Source: an uncultured archaeon (lineage in GTDB: Archaea; Thermoplasmatota; Penumbrarchaeia; JASLWR01). Taken from it: DNA of 50,114 nt. The translations under genes were made by a program, and so were the position numbers. A model generated the notes under the pieces. The model was not told where the DNA came from and did not search any database. It saw only the letters and a list, made by a program, of their open reading frames with translations. Position 1 is the first letter of the stretch. Each line of letters starts with the position of its first letter. Shown here piece after piece: positions 28,375 through 36,952 of this stretch. The stretch spans positions 73,254 to 123,367 of the forward strand of contig CAYSHM010000008.1 of NCBI GenBank assembly GCA_964430885.1, given 5' to 3'.

Positions 28375-29267
28375 TTCTCCACCTCGCACCTCATCATCAA
28401 TATAAATCCAACAGCCACATCCACACCTGAACTGCTGCCATGTGAGGTAATTGCGCGGGTCGTATTATATATTTCCCCCCTATCAATACCTAGTATGAAA
28501 TTCATTAGTTCTTTGAAGGGCTGATTGAATCTTCCTTTGTATGCATGATATAGGAACTCATTGCTTATTGGATTATTACCCCTGGACCCTCGGAATATCC
28601 GACACCTGAGATCTCCCAGGTCCGACCCGTTGATAATCCCCCGAATATAAAGGGCCATAAGCATACCCGCCAGAACATCATCGCCCGAAGGGGTCAGACC
28701 AACTCCTAACCCCTTGATCCCTTCAATATGTTCCCCTATTTCACGGCCTCTGCTATTTAGAAGACCCGATACATTTTTTCCCAATATTCCGATGAGTTGC
28801 TCATGAAATGTCCCTCCTTCATGCAGACCACCGGGTGATAAAAGGGATAATGTAGGGATCTCCCCCGCTATATCTTCCAGATAGCTTTGGAATATTGTAA
28901 GCCGTTCATAAAGACGTTTCCAATAATCTTCAGACCCCCCAAAATCGGACCTATCGGTACGGCCAGGGGAATTGTATTCCAAACGGGAATTGTATATAAA
29001 TCCAGGATTTATCTGATATTGTTCATCTCCCAGAATTAGGTAATCCTTTGTGACCGTAATATCACCCCTAAATACTTTACCCAGAGATGTCACGACCACA
29101 TTCACAGGACCGGCCCTGGCCCTTGGGACGACAAAGGATAATAAACGATCACCATTGTGGAAATTCACCGCTTTTTCAAACCGGGAGAGGAGAGAATAAT
29201 CCCCATTTTCTATCAAATCACCCCAGGATAATATGAATTCATCTCCCCTTTCACCAGATTGGTTCAC
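28353..29267 (-). CDS. DUF2877 protein (YahE/YlbF, AllH-like)
   Basis: SRFEKAVNF, GLGVGLTPSGDDVLAG, HGSSSGVD. GTG follows GAGGTGA; overlaps fdrA. Confidence 0.9.
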   Translation of the reverse strand: MNQSGERGDEFILSWGDLIENGDYSLLSRFEKAVNFHNGDRLLSFVVPRARAGPVNVVVTSLGKVFRGDITVTKDYLILGDEQYQINPGFIYNSRLEYNSPGRTDRSDFGGSEDYWKRLYERLTIFQSYLEDIAGEIPTLSLLSPGGLHEGGTFHEQLIGILGKNVSGLLNSRGREIGEHIEGIKGLGVGLTPSGDDVLAGMLMALYIRGIINGSDLGDLRCRIFRGSRGNNPISNEFLYHAYKGRFNQPFKELMNFILGIDRGEIYNTTRAITSHGSSSGVDVAVGFILMMRCEVEKWNTAVR

Positions 29268-29430
29268 TGGATCACCTCATTAATGAATATACGAATAAAT
29301 TTCTCCACTAACAGCAATATTAACTATTGAATTTTATAAATCAGATACGGAATAATTCATTAAGAACCATATTTATAGGTTGTAATCCTTAGCTGAAGAA
29401 ATTAATTTACGAATAATGGAGGAACATTTT

Positions 29431-30126
29431 ATGGATATGGAATTGGAAAATATGCTCAGACCGCCTGAGATCAAGATGCCGGATTATCCCCCGAAAGTGA
29501 TAACACTGGCCAACGGTAAGAAACTGGTTGTTAGACCTGTTCAGAGAAGGGATGTCCCAAAACTGCTACCCTCTGTCAGACCAACACTAAAAATTGCACG
29601 GGACTTTTACAATGTAGTGGGCTCCAGAGTTTACTCTGAATTACTTGCCTGGCAGTACCATAGGCTCCGTAACGGATATACTTTGGTGGGCCAAATAGAT
29701 AACGTTTTGGTAGGGATTGTAAACGGCAGAATGTACGATGAGAAGATCGGTATCAGCCTCCACACCCTGGCCATTTCCAGGGGTCTTAGGATAGGTGCCC
29801 ATCTGTTCGCAGCCAAGATGGAACATCATATCGAATACCTGAACCAGGAAGAGGTATGGATAACTGCTGAATCACCCATCGGTTTCCGTAGATGGATGAT
29901 CGAGTACGAGCTTATTGAACAGGAAGGAGTTCAGCACGAACTGGGCGGGGCTCAATCCTTTAAATTGACCCGTGAACTGTATTTCAAACATAAACCTCGG
30001 CTGGTTGCAGGTACCAGACCCTGTCCGGAAGATCTTCTGGAAAAGGCCAGATCCGAGTTCAAATTTGCTGATGAAAAGACCATCAGCGAACAGATATGCG
30101 GAGCCAAGGGGGCAAGGAAAAAATGA
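29431..30126 (+). CDS. GNAT-fold putative acyltransferase
   Basis: TLANGKKLVVRP..D, LVGQIDNVLVGIV, acyl-CoA-binding-like HTLAISRGLRIGAHLF. ATG 29431 follows GGAGG (track start 29416). Confidence 0.7.
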   Translation: MDMELENMLRPPEIKMPDYPPKVITLANGKKLVVRPVQRRDVPKLLPSVRPTLKIARDFYNVVGSRVYSELLAWQYHRLRNGYTLVGQIDNVLVGIVNGRMYDEKIGISLHTLAISRGLRIGAHLFAAKMEHHIEYLNQEEVWITAESPIGFRRWMIEYELIEQEGVQHELGGAQSFKLTRELYFKHKPRLVAGTRPCPEDLLEKARSEFKFADEKTISEQICGAKGARKK

Positions 30127-31313
30127 GAAATGTAGCCATCATCGGAGCGGGAATGACCGATTTCGGCCGGCTTTTCAACGACACCCTTATGGATATATTA
30201 TCATCAGCTGCATTGCGGGCCATGGACGATTCTGGTATTGATCCAAAGAAGATACAGGCAGTCTATGTAGCAAATATGGGCGGAGGAATCCTGAACCACC
30301 AGACTGGTGTTGCAAGTGCCCTGGTTGATAACCTGGGACTTATTCCGGCTGCAGCAGAGACTGTTGAGAACGGGCCAGCTTCCGGTGCATCTGCCATAAA
30401 GAACGGTCTTCTTGCAATTGCTTCAGGACATTATGATTACGTGCTTGTTGTTGGTGGGGAGAAAATGAGAGGGGTATCAGGCTGGAGAGCCACCGATTTC
30501 GTGGCCACACTTACTCATCCAGAAGGTGAATACAAATATGGAATAACCCTGCCGGGCATGGCTGGAATGTTCGCGGATCTGTATATGGAGAAATACGGGT
30601 ACACAAGGGAACATCTCGCCAGGATGGCAGTCAAGAATCACAAGAACGGTCTTCTAAACCCCTATGCACATGTGCATATGCCTCCCAGCATGGAGGGTAT
30701 CCTTGAATCACCTGATGCCCCCTACAATAATACGCCTGTTGCTGAACCGCTTCACCTATGGGACTGCTGTCCGGTAAGCGACGGAGGAGCTGCTGTTCTG
30801 CTGTGTGCTGAAGAAATGATCAAGAACAAGGAAAAGAAACACTATGTAGTGATATCAGGATTTGGTCAGGCAACAGACACCCACACCCTGGCTGAAAGAG
30901 AGGACCCTACAGATCTGAAAGCCGTCACAATGGCAACAAAACAGGCCTATGAAATGGCAGGAGTAGGGCCGAAAGACATAGATGTTGCTGAGCTTCACGA
31001 CGCTTTCTCCATACTCGAGATAGCTGAATCCGAACATGCTGGACTTTTTGAAAAAGGCGGTTACAAGAAGGCCTTGGAGAAAGGAGATGTTGAAATAGAC
31101 GGAAAGATGCCTATAAATCCTTCAGGGGGTTTAAAGTCCAGAGGACATCCTGTTGGTGCTACTGGTGTTGCCCAGGCGGTAGAGATGACCTGGCAGCTCA
31201 GGGGTGATGCCGGGGACCGGCAGGTAAAAGGGGCAAACATAGGTCTTACCGTTAACTTCGGAGGCTTCGGCAACAATGTAGTTTCCTTTGTCATGAAGGG
31301 GGTGAAAAAGTGA
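30123..31313 (+). CDS. Thiolase-fold (SCP2-type) protein lacking the canonical catalytic cysteines
   Basis: VAIIGAGMTDFG, VENGPASG (vs ENACAS), GGEKM, KNHKNG..NPYAH, DCCPVSDGGAA, ELHDAF, INPSGGLKSRGHPVGATG, NFGG. ATGA overlap with the upstream gene. Confidence 0.93.
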   Translation: MRNVAIIGAGMTDFGRLFNDTLMDILSSAALRAMDDSGIDPKKIQAVYVANMGGGILNHQTGVASALVDNLGLIPAAAETVENGPASGASAIKNGLLAIASGHYDYVLVVGGEKMRGVSGWRATDFVATLTHPEGEYKYGITLPGMAGMFADLYMEKYGYTREHLARMAVKNHKNGLLNPYAHVHMPPSMEGILESPDAPYNNTPVAEPLHLWDCCPVSDGGAAVLLCAEEMIKNKEKKHYVVISGFGQATDTHTLAEREDPTDLKAVTMATKQAYEMAGVGPKDIDVAELHDAFSILEIAESEHAGLFEKGGYKKALEKGDVEIDGKMPINPSGGLKSRGHPVGATGVAQAVEMTWQLRGDAGDRQVKGANIGLTVNFGGFGNNVVSFVMKGVKK

Positions 31314-31648
31314 ATCGAGCTGTGGGATATAAATGTACCAAATGCGGAAAACCTACCTATCCCAAGAGGGATGTATGTCTTAAGTGCGGTGGAAGAGAAT
31401 TCGCTGAACTTCAATTTCCTAAAACCGCTACCATTATCGCCTTCACGAATGTACACCAGCTTCCCTGGGGTATAAACGAACGATTCCTTACATTGGGCGT
31501 ATGTGAATTCGAGAACGGCCTAAAAGCTATGGGTAGGATAACTGCCCCTACAGTTAAGAAAGGCCAGAAGGTTAAGGCCCATTGGAAGCTTTTCAGGGAG
31601 ATGGCTGGTGAGGATGTCTGGGGATGGATATTCGAACCCACCCGCTGA
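31310..31648 (+). CDS. DUF35 / ChsH2-like Zn-ribbon OB-fold protein
   Basis: GYKCTKCGKPTYPKRDVCLKCG followed by OB-fold strands. GTGA overlap with the thiolase stop. Confidence 0.92.
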   Translation: MNRAVGYKCTKCGKPTYPKRDVCLKCGGREFAELQFPKTATIIAFTNVHQLPWGINERFLTLGVCEFENGLKAMGRITAPTVKKGQKVKAHWKLFREMAGEDVWGWIFEPTR

Positions 31649-31742
31649 TACCTGTGTAATAATTCCAACATATCAGGTCAGCTTGAGATAGATCGACTAC
31701 CATTGAACCCCTCTGAAATGACAGGGGTTCGATATTTATTTT
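31644..31742 (+). terminator. Two hairpins + T-tract after DUF35
   Basis: GCTG(AT)ACCTG..CAGGTCAGC (31644-31682) and TTGAACCCCT..AGGGGTTCGA (about 31703-31732), followed by TATTTATTTT. Confidence 0.55.
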
Positions 31743-31762
31743 CTGAATTCAGGTGAACCAAA

Positions 31763-32632
31763 ATGACTCAGAACAGGGGCAGTCTTACATTTATGGGGCT
31801 GGGATTAGGGGGTTTAGACGACATAAGTCTGAAAGCAAAGAGCCACATCCAAGAGGCCGATCTGATTTTTGCTGAATGCTATACCTCAATTTTCAATTCT
31901 CCTTCTCTGGAAGATCTTGAGAAATCCCTTAGCGCCAATATTACAATACTTGACAGACCCGAGGTTGAGGATGGAACTGAAATCGTTGAAAGTGCTGTTG
32001 ATGGTAAGGTTGTATTCATCACTGCAGGAGATTCCATGAGTGCCACTACCCATGTGGAGCTCAGATTGACCGCCAAACGGAAAGGAATTCCCGTAAAGAT
32101 AGTTCATTCTCCATCTGTACTTACAGCGGTACCTTCAGAGCTGGGTCTTTCTCATTACAAGTTCGGGAGAACAACAACTTTAGTATTCCCTCAGAAAAAC
32201 TATTTTCCACTCTCTCCTTATGACACCATCAGCAGCAACCTCTCCATGGGCCTTCACACCCTTGTACTGCTTGATATAATGAGAACGGAAAGTACTGGTA
32301 GAATTGACCCGGATCTTCTGGGTGATCCAATAGAATTCGGCAATAGGTCAATGAGCTGTATGTCCTCCCATATCGGTTGCAGGGTCCTTTCAATGATGGA
32401 AGAAAAGAGAAAAGAAAGTATTCTGAAAGATGAAACTCTGGTCTGCTCGGTCGCCCGTGCCGGAGCGATGGATTCAATGGTCAGGAGCCATAGGATATCA
32501 GTTATGAGGGAAGTCGATATGGGTCGACCCCTTCACTCTCTGGTAATACCCGGAAAGCTTCATTTTATGGAAGCAAAGGCCCTTGTGGAACTCACGGGTG
32601 CTCCTGCTGAAATATTGGATGATTATGAATGA
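31763..32632 (+). CDS. dph5: Diphthine synthase
   Basis: GLGL, FAECYTS, LDRPEVE, AGDSMSATTH, GLSHYKFGRTTT, GLHTLVLLDI, PLHSLVIPGKLHFME. AGGTGA SD. Confidence 0.96.
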   Translation: MTQNRGSLTFMGLGLGGLDDISLKAKSHIQEADLIFAECYTSIFNSPSLEDLEKSLSANITILDRPEVEDGTEIVESAVDGKVVFITAGDSMSATTHVELRLTAKRKGIPVKIVHSPSVLTAVPSELGLSHYKFGRTTTLVFPQKNYFPLSPYDTISSNLSMGLHTLVLLDIMRTESTGRIDPDLLGDPIEFGNRSMSCMSSHIGCRVLSMMEEKRKESILKDETLVCSVARAGAMDSMVRSHRISVMREVDMGRPLHSLVIPGKLHFMEAKALVELTGAPAEILDDYE

Positions 32633-32751
32633 TCAAATCCTTTGGAACTCTCATTGCAAGATTTCAGTCCTATTGAATTTTTTCGATAGTATAATATCGT
32701 TTCACTGCTTAATGAAAATTATCTTACTATCCAAGGTCCAGGTGCTGTTCG

Positions 32752-35700
32752 ATGTTCTTCAGAAAAAGCCTCGGTTTATCCCTCTTATTGCCCACGTTGA
32801 TAATCACAGGATTGATATTGTTCTCATATTCTCCATTGATTGACTCATTTGATCATATGAAAGGTTCCTATAATGACTCTAGGGATTCCCGATTATTTAT
32901 TGAAAATTCTGCATTATATGAACAAGAGGAGATGACAGGAACCAGGGACAAGGTTGTTATTCTGAATGATCCAACAATGATCCATGATAATTCAGGTGAT
33001 ACCGTAGAGGCAATGTGTTCTGGGGATTTCAACAATGACGGTTTCAATGATATTGCCTACGGTACCCATTCCTACTCCGATTCCCCAAAGGTGCTGGTGT
33101 CAATGGGATCAGCCGGAGGTCTAACCACTCCATCCCTTCTCATTGATGTATATGATGAGGGCGACATTCCTTCAATCTGCTCTGGAGATTTCGACAATGA
33201 TGGATTTGATGACCTGGCAATCGGTACATACCCACATGCCAATGTCCTGATAAGCATGGGGTCCAACAGCGGATTGGACAACCCCCAGGTGATAGCCAAT
33301 TACAGTGCCTCACTGTTCGGAATATACGGGATGTGTTCTGGGGATTTCAACAATGATAACTTTGATGATCTTTTCTATGGACCCTTTTCCAGATCCCTGC
33401 AAGCTCCGGTCTACAAAGCCATGGGAGGTGCAGGGGGACTTGGAAATCCTTCGGTCCTTGCTACAATAAACGATATGATGCTTTTCGGATTCAGTTCAGG
33501 GGATTTCGATAATGACGGCTTTGAGGACGTTACCTTCGCAGGTGCCACCTACGATAACATCTTTACAGCTTACGGAGCCGCTGGAGGTCTTGAGGTCCCG
33601 ACCAAACTGGGTGACTCACAGGATCATGTATATACTTCCACATGCTCCGACTTCAACCTTGATGGGTTTGATGACATATGTTACGGAATTGCAGGAGGCG
33701 GGATCTATCATTCAATGGGATCGGGAAATGGATTGGATGCGCCGGCTCTGACACAGAACACCGGCCAGAGCGGGGTTTGGGGCTCAGCTTCAGGGTTTTT
33801 TGATTCAGACAGCTATCCTGATGCAATTATGGGTTCTACATCAAATGGAAGGATATATCTGGTATCCGGTGGACCAGGGGGGGTTTCCGGGACTTCCTTA
33901 TTCCACACATACGCTTCACAGGAGAATATAAAATCTCTCAGCGGAGGCGATTTTAACAATGACGGGGGAGATGACCTCTGTTTCGGGACCTCTCCGGACT
34001 GTTTCCTTTGCCAGTGTCTGGGGGAATCAAACTATATTCCCACCGCTCCAGAGAACATTCAGCCCGATTCTGCTCATGAATGGCCAGTTACCATATCTTG
34101 GAATGCCTCCTTTGACAAAGATCAGGAGGAAATAACATACCATTTGGACATAGGAACTTCACCAGGTGGAAACGACATTCTGTCCGACGGACAAACTGTC
34201 AATACTCATTTACAGATATATCTGGAACCAGATGACTATCATATCACCATTTCCGCCCATGACGAAACCGACGGAGCTTCAGATGAAACAGAACATGCAA
34301 TAAGCATAGTAAATACACCGCCAACATCTCCAACTCTTGATATTCATCCCGACCAGCCCAGAACCGGAAATGAGCTGATATGCGCTATTGCTGAAGACTG
34401 CGAAGACAGCGATGGGGACGATATATCTTATTATTACAGATGGTATTCTGACGATGTTGTTGTTGGTTCGCTTTCTATGGATGATACTCCTCTTAAACAA
34501 TCAGCAGTACCTGATGAACACACCTCAAAAGGTGAAACTTGGAAATGTGAGGTATGGGCATATGACGGATTCCAGAATGGCAGTTCTTCAGAAATTGAGG
34601 TAACCATATTGAATACACCACCAAATCCAATAATTTATTCTATAGAAGAAGAGGATGTTTTTCATTCACGCTCGGTCAATCTATCAGCTTGGGGTTCCTG
34701 GGACCTGGATAATGATGATCTACAGTACCAGTGGACGTCGGATGTGGACGGAAATCTTGGAAGGGATATGAATATATCCGCCGAACTATCCAGAGGTCAG
34801 CATCTGATAACTTTAGACCTAACTGACGGGGATGCTATCAGACAGCTAAGCGTTAATATTTCTGTTTCAACCCCTCTGCTGGATATTCAGGAACCGGAGC
34901 TTGTAGAGATCGAGCAAATTGACGAGCTGATTCAGGGGAACAAATATCATATAAGTGTTGTAGTTTCAAATTCTGGTAATTATATTGCCCAGGGAGTGAT
35001 GCTGACCCTGATAGATAACGAAAAGGTTCTTGATAACAAAATGATAAATGTTCAATCTCAGGAAGAAGAAAGTGCAATCTTTGATTGGACCCCTTCGGAT
35101 GCCGGCCCCCACGATATCCTGATAGAGATGTCATATGATAATGAAGACATTGTCTCGGATTCCATTTTCCTATCAGCAGCTCTCAGAGATGACGGTCCTC
35201 CGGATCCTCAGGCTGGAATGGATATCAGTGTAGAAGTTGGTGAGGAATTCATCCTTGACGCTTCCGGAACCACAGACCCTGATACCGACATCAAGGATCT
35301 GGATTTCTTCTGGGATTTCAATGATAAGGATGGAATAGATATTGATTATAAAGGGATCTCAACCACGGTGAAATATGAAGAAACCGGAATTTATATAATA
35401 ACATTATCCGTTTCTGACGGCTATAACAATATCACTGACACCCTGACAGTTACAGTGAAGATCAAAGATCAAGGGACTGGGGACGATGATTCTACCGAAG
35501 ATGATAATGATGATATTAGTGGGGATGATGACACATCTGGAGACGACGATACTTCAGAAGATGATGATGTATCTGGGCCTGGCAGCACGGGAAAGAAAGA
35601 TAATAATTCGGGAGAGGAAAGCAGTGCCATTTCCGGATTCTGGTGGATGATTATCATCATAATTATTGTCATGTTCACAATATTGATGATCCTGGTTACC

Positions 35701-35874
35701 ATTTTTATTCGGATGAATAGCAAAAAGGGAAAGAGGGATGATGATGGGGAGGATATAAGTTTTGTTGATGCTGAGGTAAATTCACGGGAATATGTGAACA
35801 AGTCACCCAGAAGAGGTATTGTCATATACGAAGCTGAGAACCCTGAAGGAAATGATATTAAAAAATCACGCTGA
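32752..35874 (+). CDS. Membrane-anchored FG-GAP (7-blade) surface protein with Fn3/Ig, PKD and CARDB-like domains
   Basis: Seven GDFxxDGxDD-type motifs; ISWNASFDKD..YHLDIG; SWDLDND..YQW; VSNSG..FDWTP; DASGTTDPD..WDF; GDDD-rich spacer; C-terminal TM. Confidence 0.88.
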   Translation: MFFRKSLGLSLLLPTLIITGLILFSYSPLIDSFDHMKGSYNDSRDSRLFIENSALYEQEEMTGTRDKVVILNDPTMIHDNSGDTVEAMCSGDFNNDGFNDIAYGTHSYSDSPKVLVSMGSAGGLTTPSLLIDVYDEGDIPSICSGDFDNDGFDDLAIGTYPHANVLISMGSNSGLDNPQVIANYSASLFGIYGMCSGDFNNDNFDDLFYGPFSRSLQAPVYKAMGGAGGLGNPSVLATINDMMLFGFSSGDFDNDGFEDVTFAGATYDNIFTAYGAAGGLEVPTKLGDSQDHVYTSTCSDFNLDGFDDICYGIAGGGIYHSMGSGNGLDAPALTQNTGQSGVWGSASGFFDSDSYPDAIMGSTSNGRIYLVSGGPGGVSGTSLFHTYASQENIKSLSGGDFNNDGGDDLCFGTSPDCFLCQCLGESNYIPTAPENIQPDSAHEWPVTISWNASFDKDQEEITYHLDIGTSPGGNDILSDGQTVNTHLQIYLEPDDYHITISAHDETDGASDETEHAISIVNTPPTSPTLDIHPDQPRTGNELICAIAEDCEDSDGDDISYYYRWYSDDVVVGSLSMDDTPLKQSAVPDEHTSKGETWKCEVWAYDGFQNGSSSEIEVTILNTPPNPIIYSIEEEDVFHSRSVNLSAWGSWDLDNDDLQYQWTSDVDGNLGRDMNISAELSRGQHLITLDLTDGDAIRQLSVNISVSTPLLDIQEPELVEIEQIDELIQGNKYHISVVVSNSGNYIAQGVMLTLIDNEKVLDNKMINVQSQEEESAIFDWTPSDAGPHDILIEMSYDNEDIVSDSIFLSAALRDDGPPDPQAGMDISVEVGEEFILDASGTTDPDTDIKDLDFFWDFNDKDGIDIDYKGISTTVKYEETGIYIITLSVSDGYNNITDTLTVTVKIKDQGTGDDDSTEDDNDDISGDDDTSGDDDTSEDDDVSGPGSTGKKDNNSGEESSAISGFWWMIIIIIIVMFTILMILVTIFIRMNSKKGKRDDDGEDISFVDAEVNSREYVNKSPRRGIVIYEAENPEGNDIKKSR

Positions 35875-35941
35875 CATCAGAGTGCAGCACCTTTAAACCA
35901 GCAGTATTTGAAAAACAAACCCCATTGAGTATTCGGGAAAT

Positions 35942-36805
35942 TCAATAATGTAAATTTTCAAGCCGCCGGATCCTTTCTTCCATAGGTGGATGGGTGGAGA
36001 AAAGTGAAGAGAAAACCCGCTTTTTCAATGGATTAGATATAAAAAGCGGAGAATAAGATGGGTTGCCCTGTTTCATAGGATTTCTTTTACCTATGGTAGA
36101 TATTTTTTTCAATGCCTTGGCAAGATTTTTTGGGTCTCCCGTTATCCTGGCGCCTTCAGCATCGGCAGAATATTCCCTGCTTCTGGATATAGCCAACTGT
36201 ATCAGCATGGCAGCTATAGGCGCGGTTACCGCAATAAAGATCAATGCAATCGCGTTTCCGCCATCGTCCCTCCCTCCGAATATAGCTCTAAAAAATGCCA
36301 AATGAGCTATGAAAGAAATCGCGCTTGCAAGAGTCGCAGCCAGGGACATTACCAGCATATCCCTGTTCTTGATATGTGCCATTTCATGAGCCAACACTCC
36401 CTTGAGCTCATCTGAATCCAGAGTTCTTAATAAACCATCCGTAACGGCTACTACTGAATTATCAGGATTACGTCCTGTGGCGAAAGCGTTGGGATTTATT
36501 TCAGGTATAATAGCTATTTGGGGCATAGGAAGAGAGGCTCTTAGGGATAAATCGCGGACAATCCCGTGCAGTTGGGGGGCTTCATTTTCATTCACAATTC
36601 TAGCCCTATAGGCCCGAAGTACGATTTTATGGCAGAAGAAATATGAGATCAGATTTATCGCTCCGGCAATGAACAGAAAAATAACCAATGTCGGAATAAT
36701 CGCTCCATTGAAGATCAACTGACCTACCAGGGCCCCAATCCCTGCAAAAATCATTATGAACAAACTGAAGAGAAGAAAGACCTTGATTGATCTGGATGTA
36801 TTCAT
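35942..36805 (-). CDS. htpX: Zinc metalloprotease HtpX (M48)
   Basis: PNAFATGRNP, GVLAHEMAHIKNRD, AISRSREYSAD, FSTHPP. ATG 36805 follows AAGTGA. Confidence 0.96.
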   Translation of the reverse strand: MNTSRSIKVFLLFSLFIMIFAGIGALVGQLIFNGAIIPTLVIFLFIAGAINLISYFFCHKIVLRAYRARIVNENEAPQLHGIVRDLSLRASLPMPQIAIIPEINPNAFATGRNPDNSVVAVTDGLLRTLDSDELKGVLAHEMAHIKNRDMLVMSLAATLASAISFIAHLAFFRAIFGGRDDGGNAIALIFIAVTAPIAAMLIQLAISRSREYSADAEGARITGDPKNLAKALKKISTIGKRNPMKQGNPSYSPLFISNPLKKRVFSSLFSTHPPMEERIRRLENLHY

Positions 36806-36952
36806 GATTTTATCACTTTTTATATGTTTTAGTCGAACAGGAAATGAACCGATAGTAGATGTGTTGGAAATCACATTTATTATTTGCAGCGGTATTCTTG
36901 TACAAAATAAATAGTCCAATCAATTCAAAAATGGATTCTATATTGAGGCTGA

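Noticed and set aside
22569-29267. Genomic island integrated at tRNA-Lys
   Set aside because: No integrase, and no duplicate of the tRNA 3' end was seen.
30123-31648. Mevalonate-pathway acetoacetyl-CoA thiolase locus
   Set aside because: No HMG-CoA synthase gene is adjacent and the catalytic cysteines are absent.
31644-31760. SECIS/readthrough of the DUF35 TGA
   Set aside because: DUF35 is complete at the stop, the extension has no recognisable sequence, and the hairpins lack the archaeal GAA/A SECIS core. A terminator is the simpler explanation.
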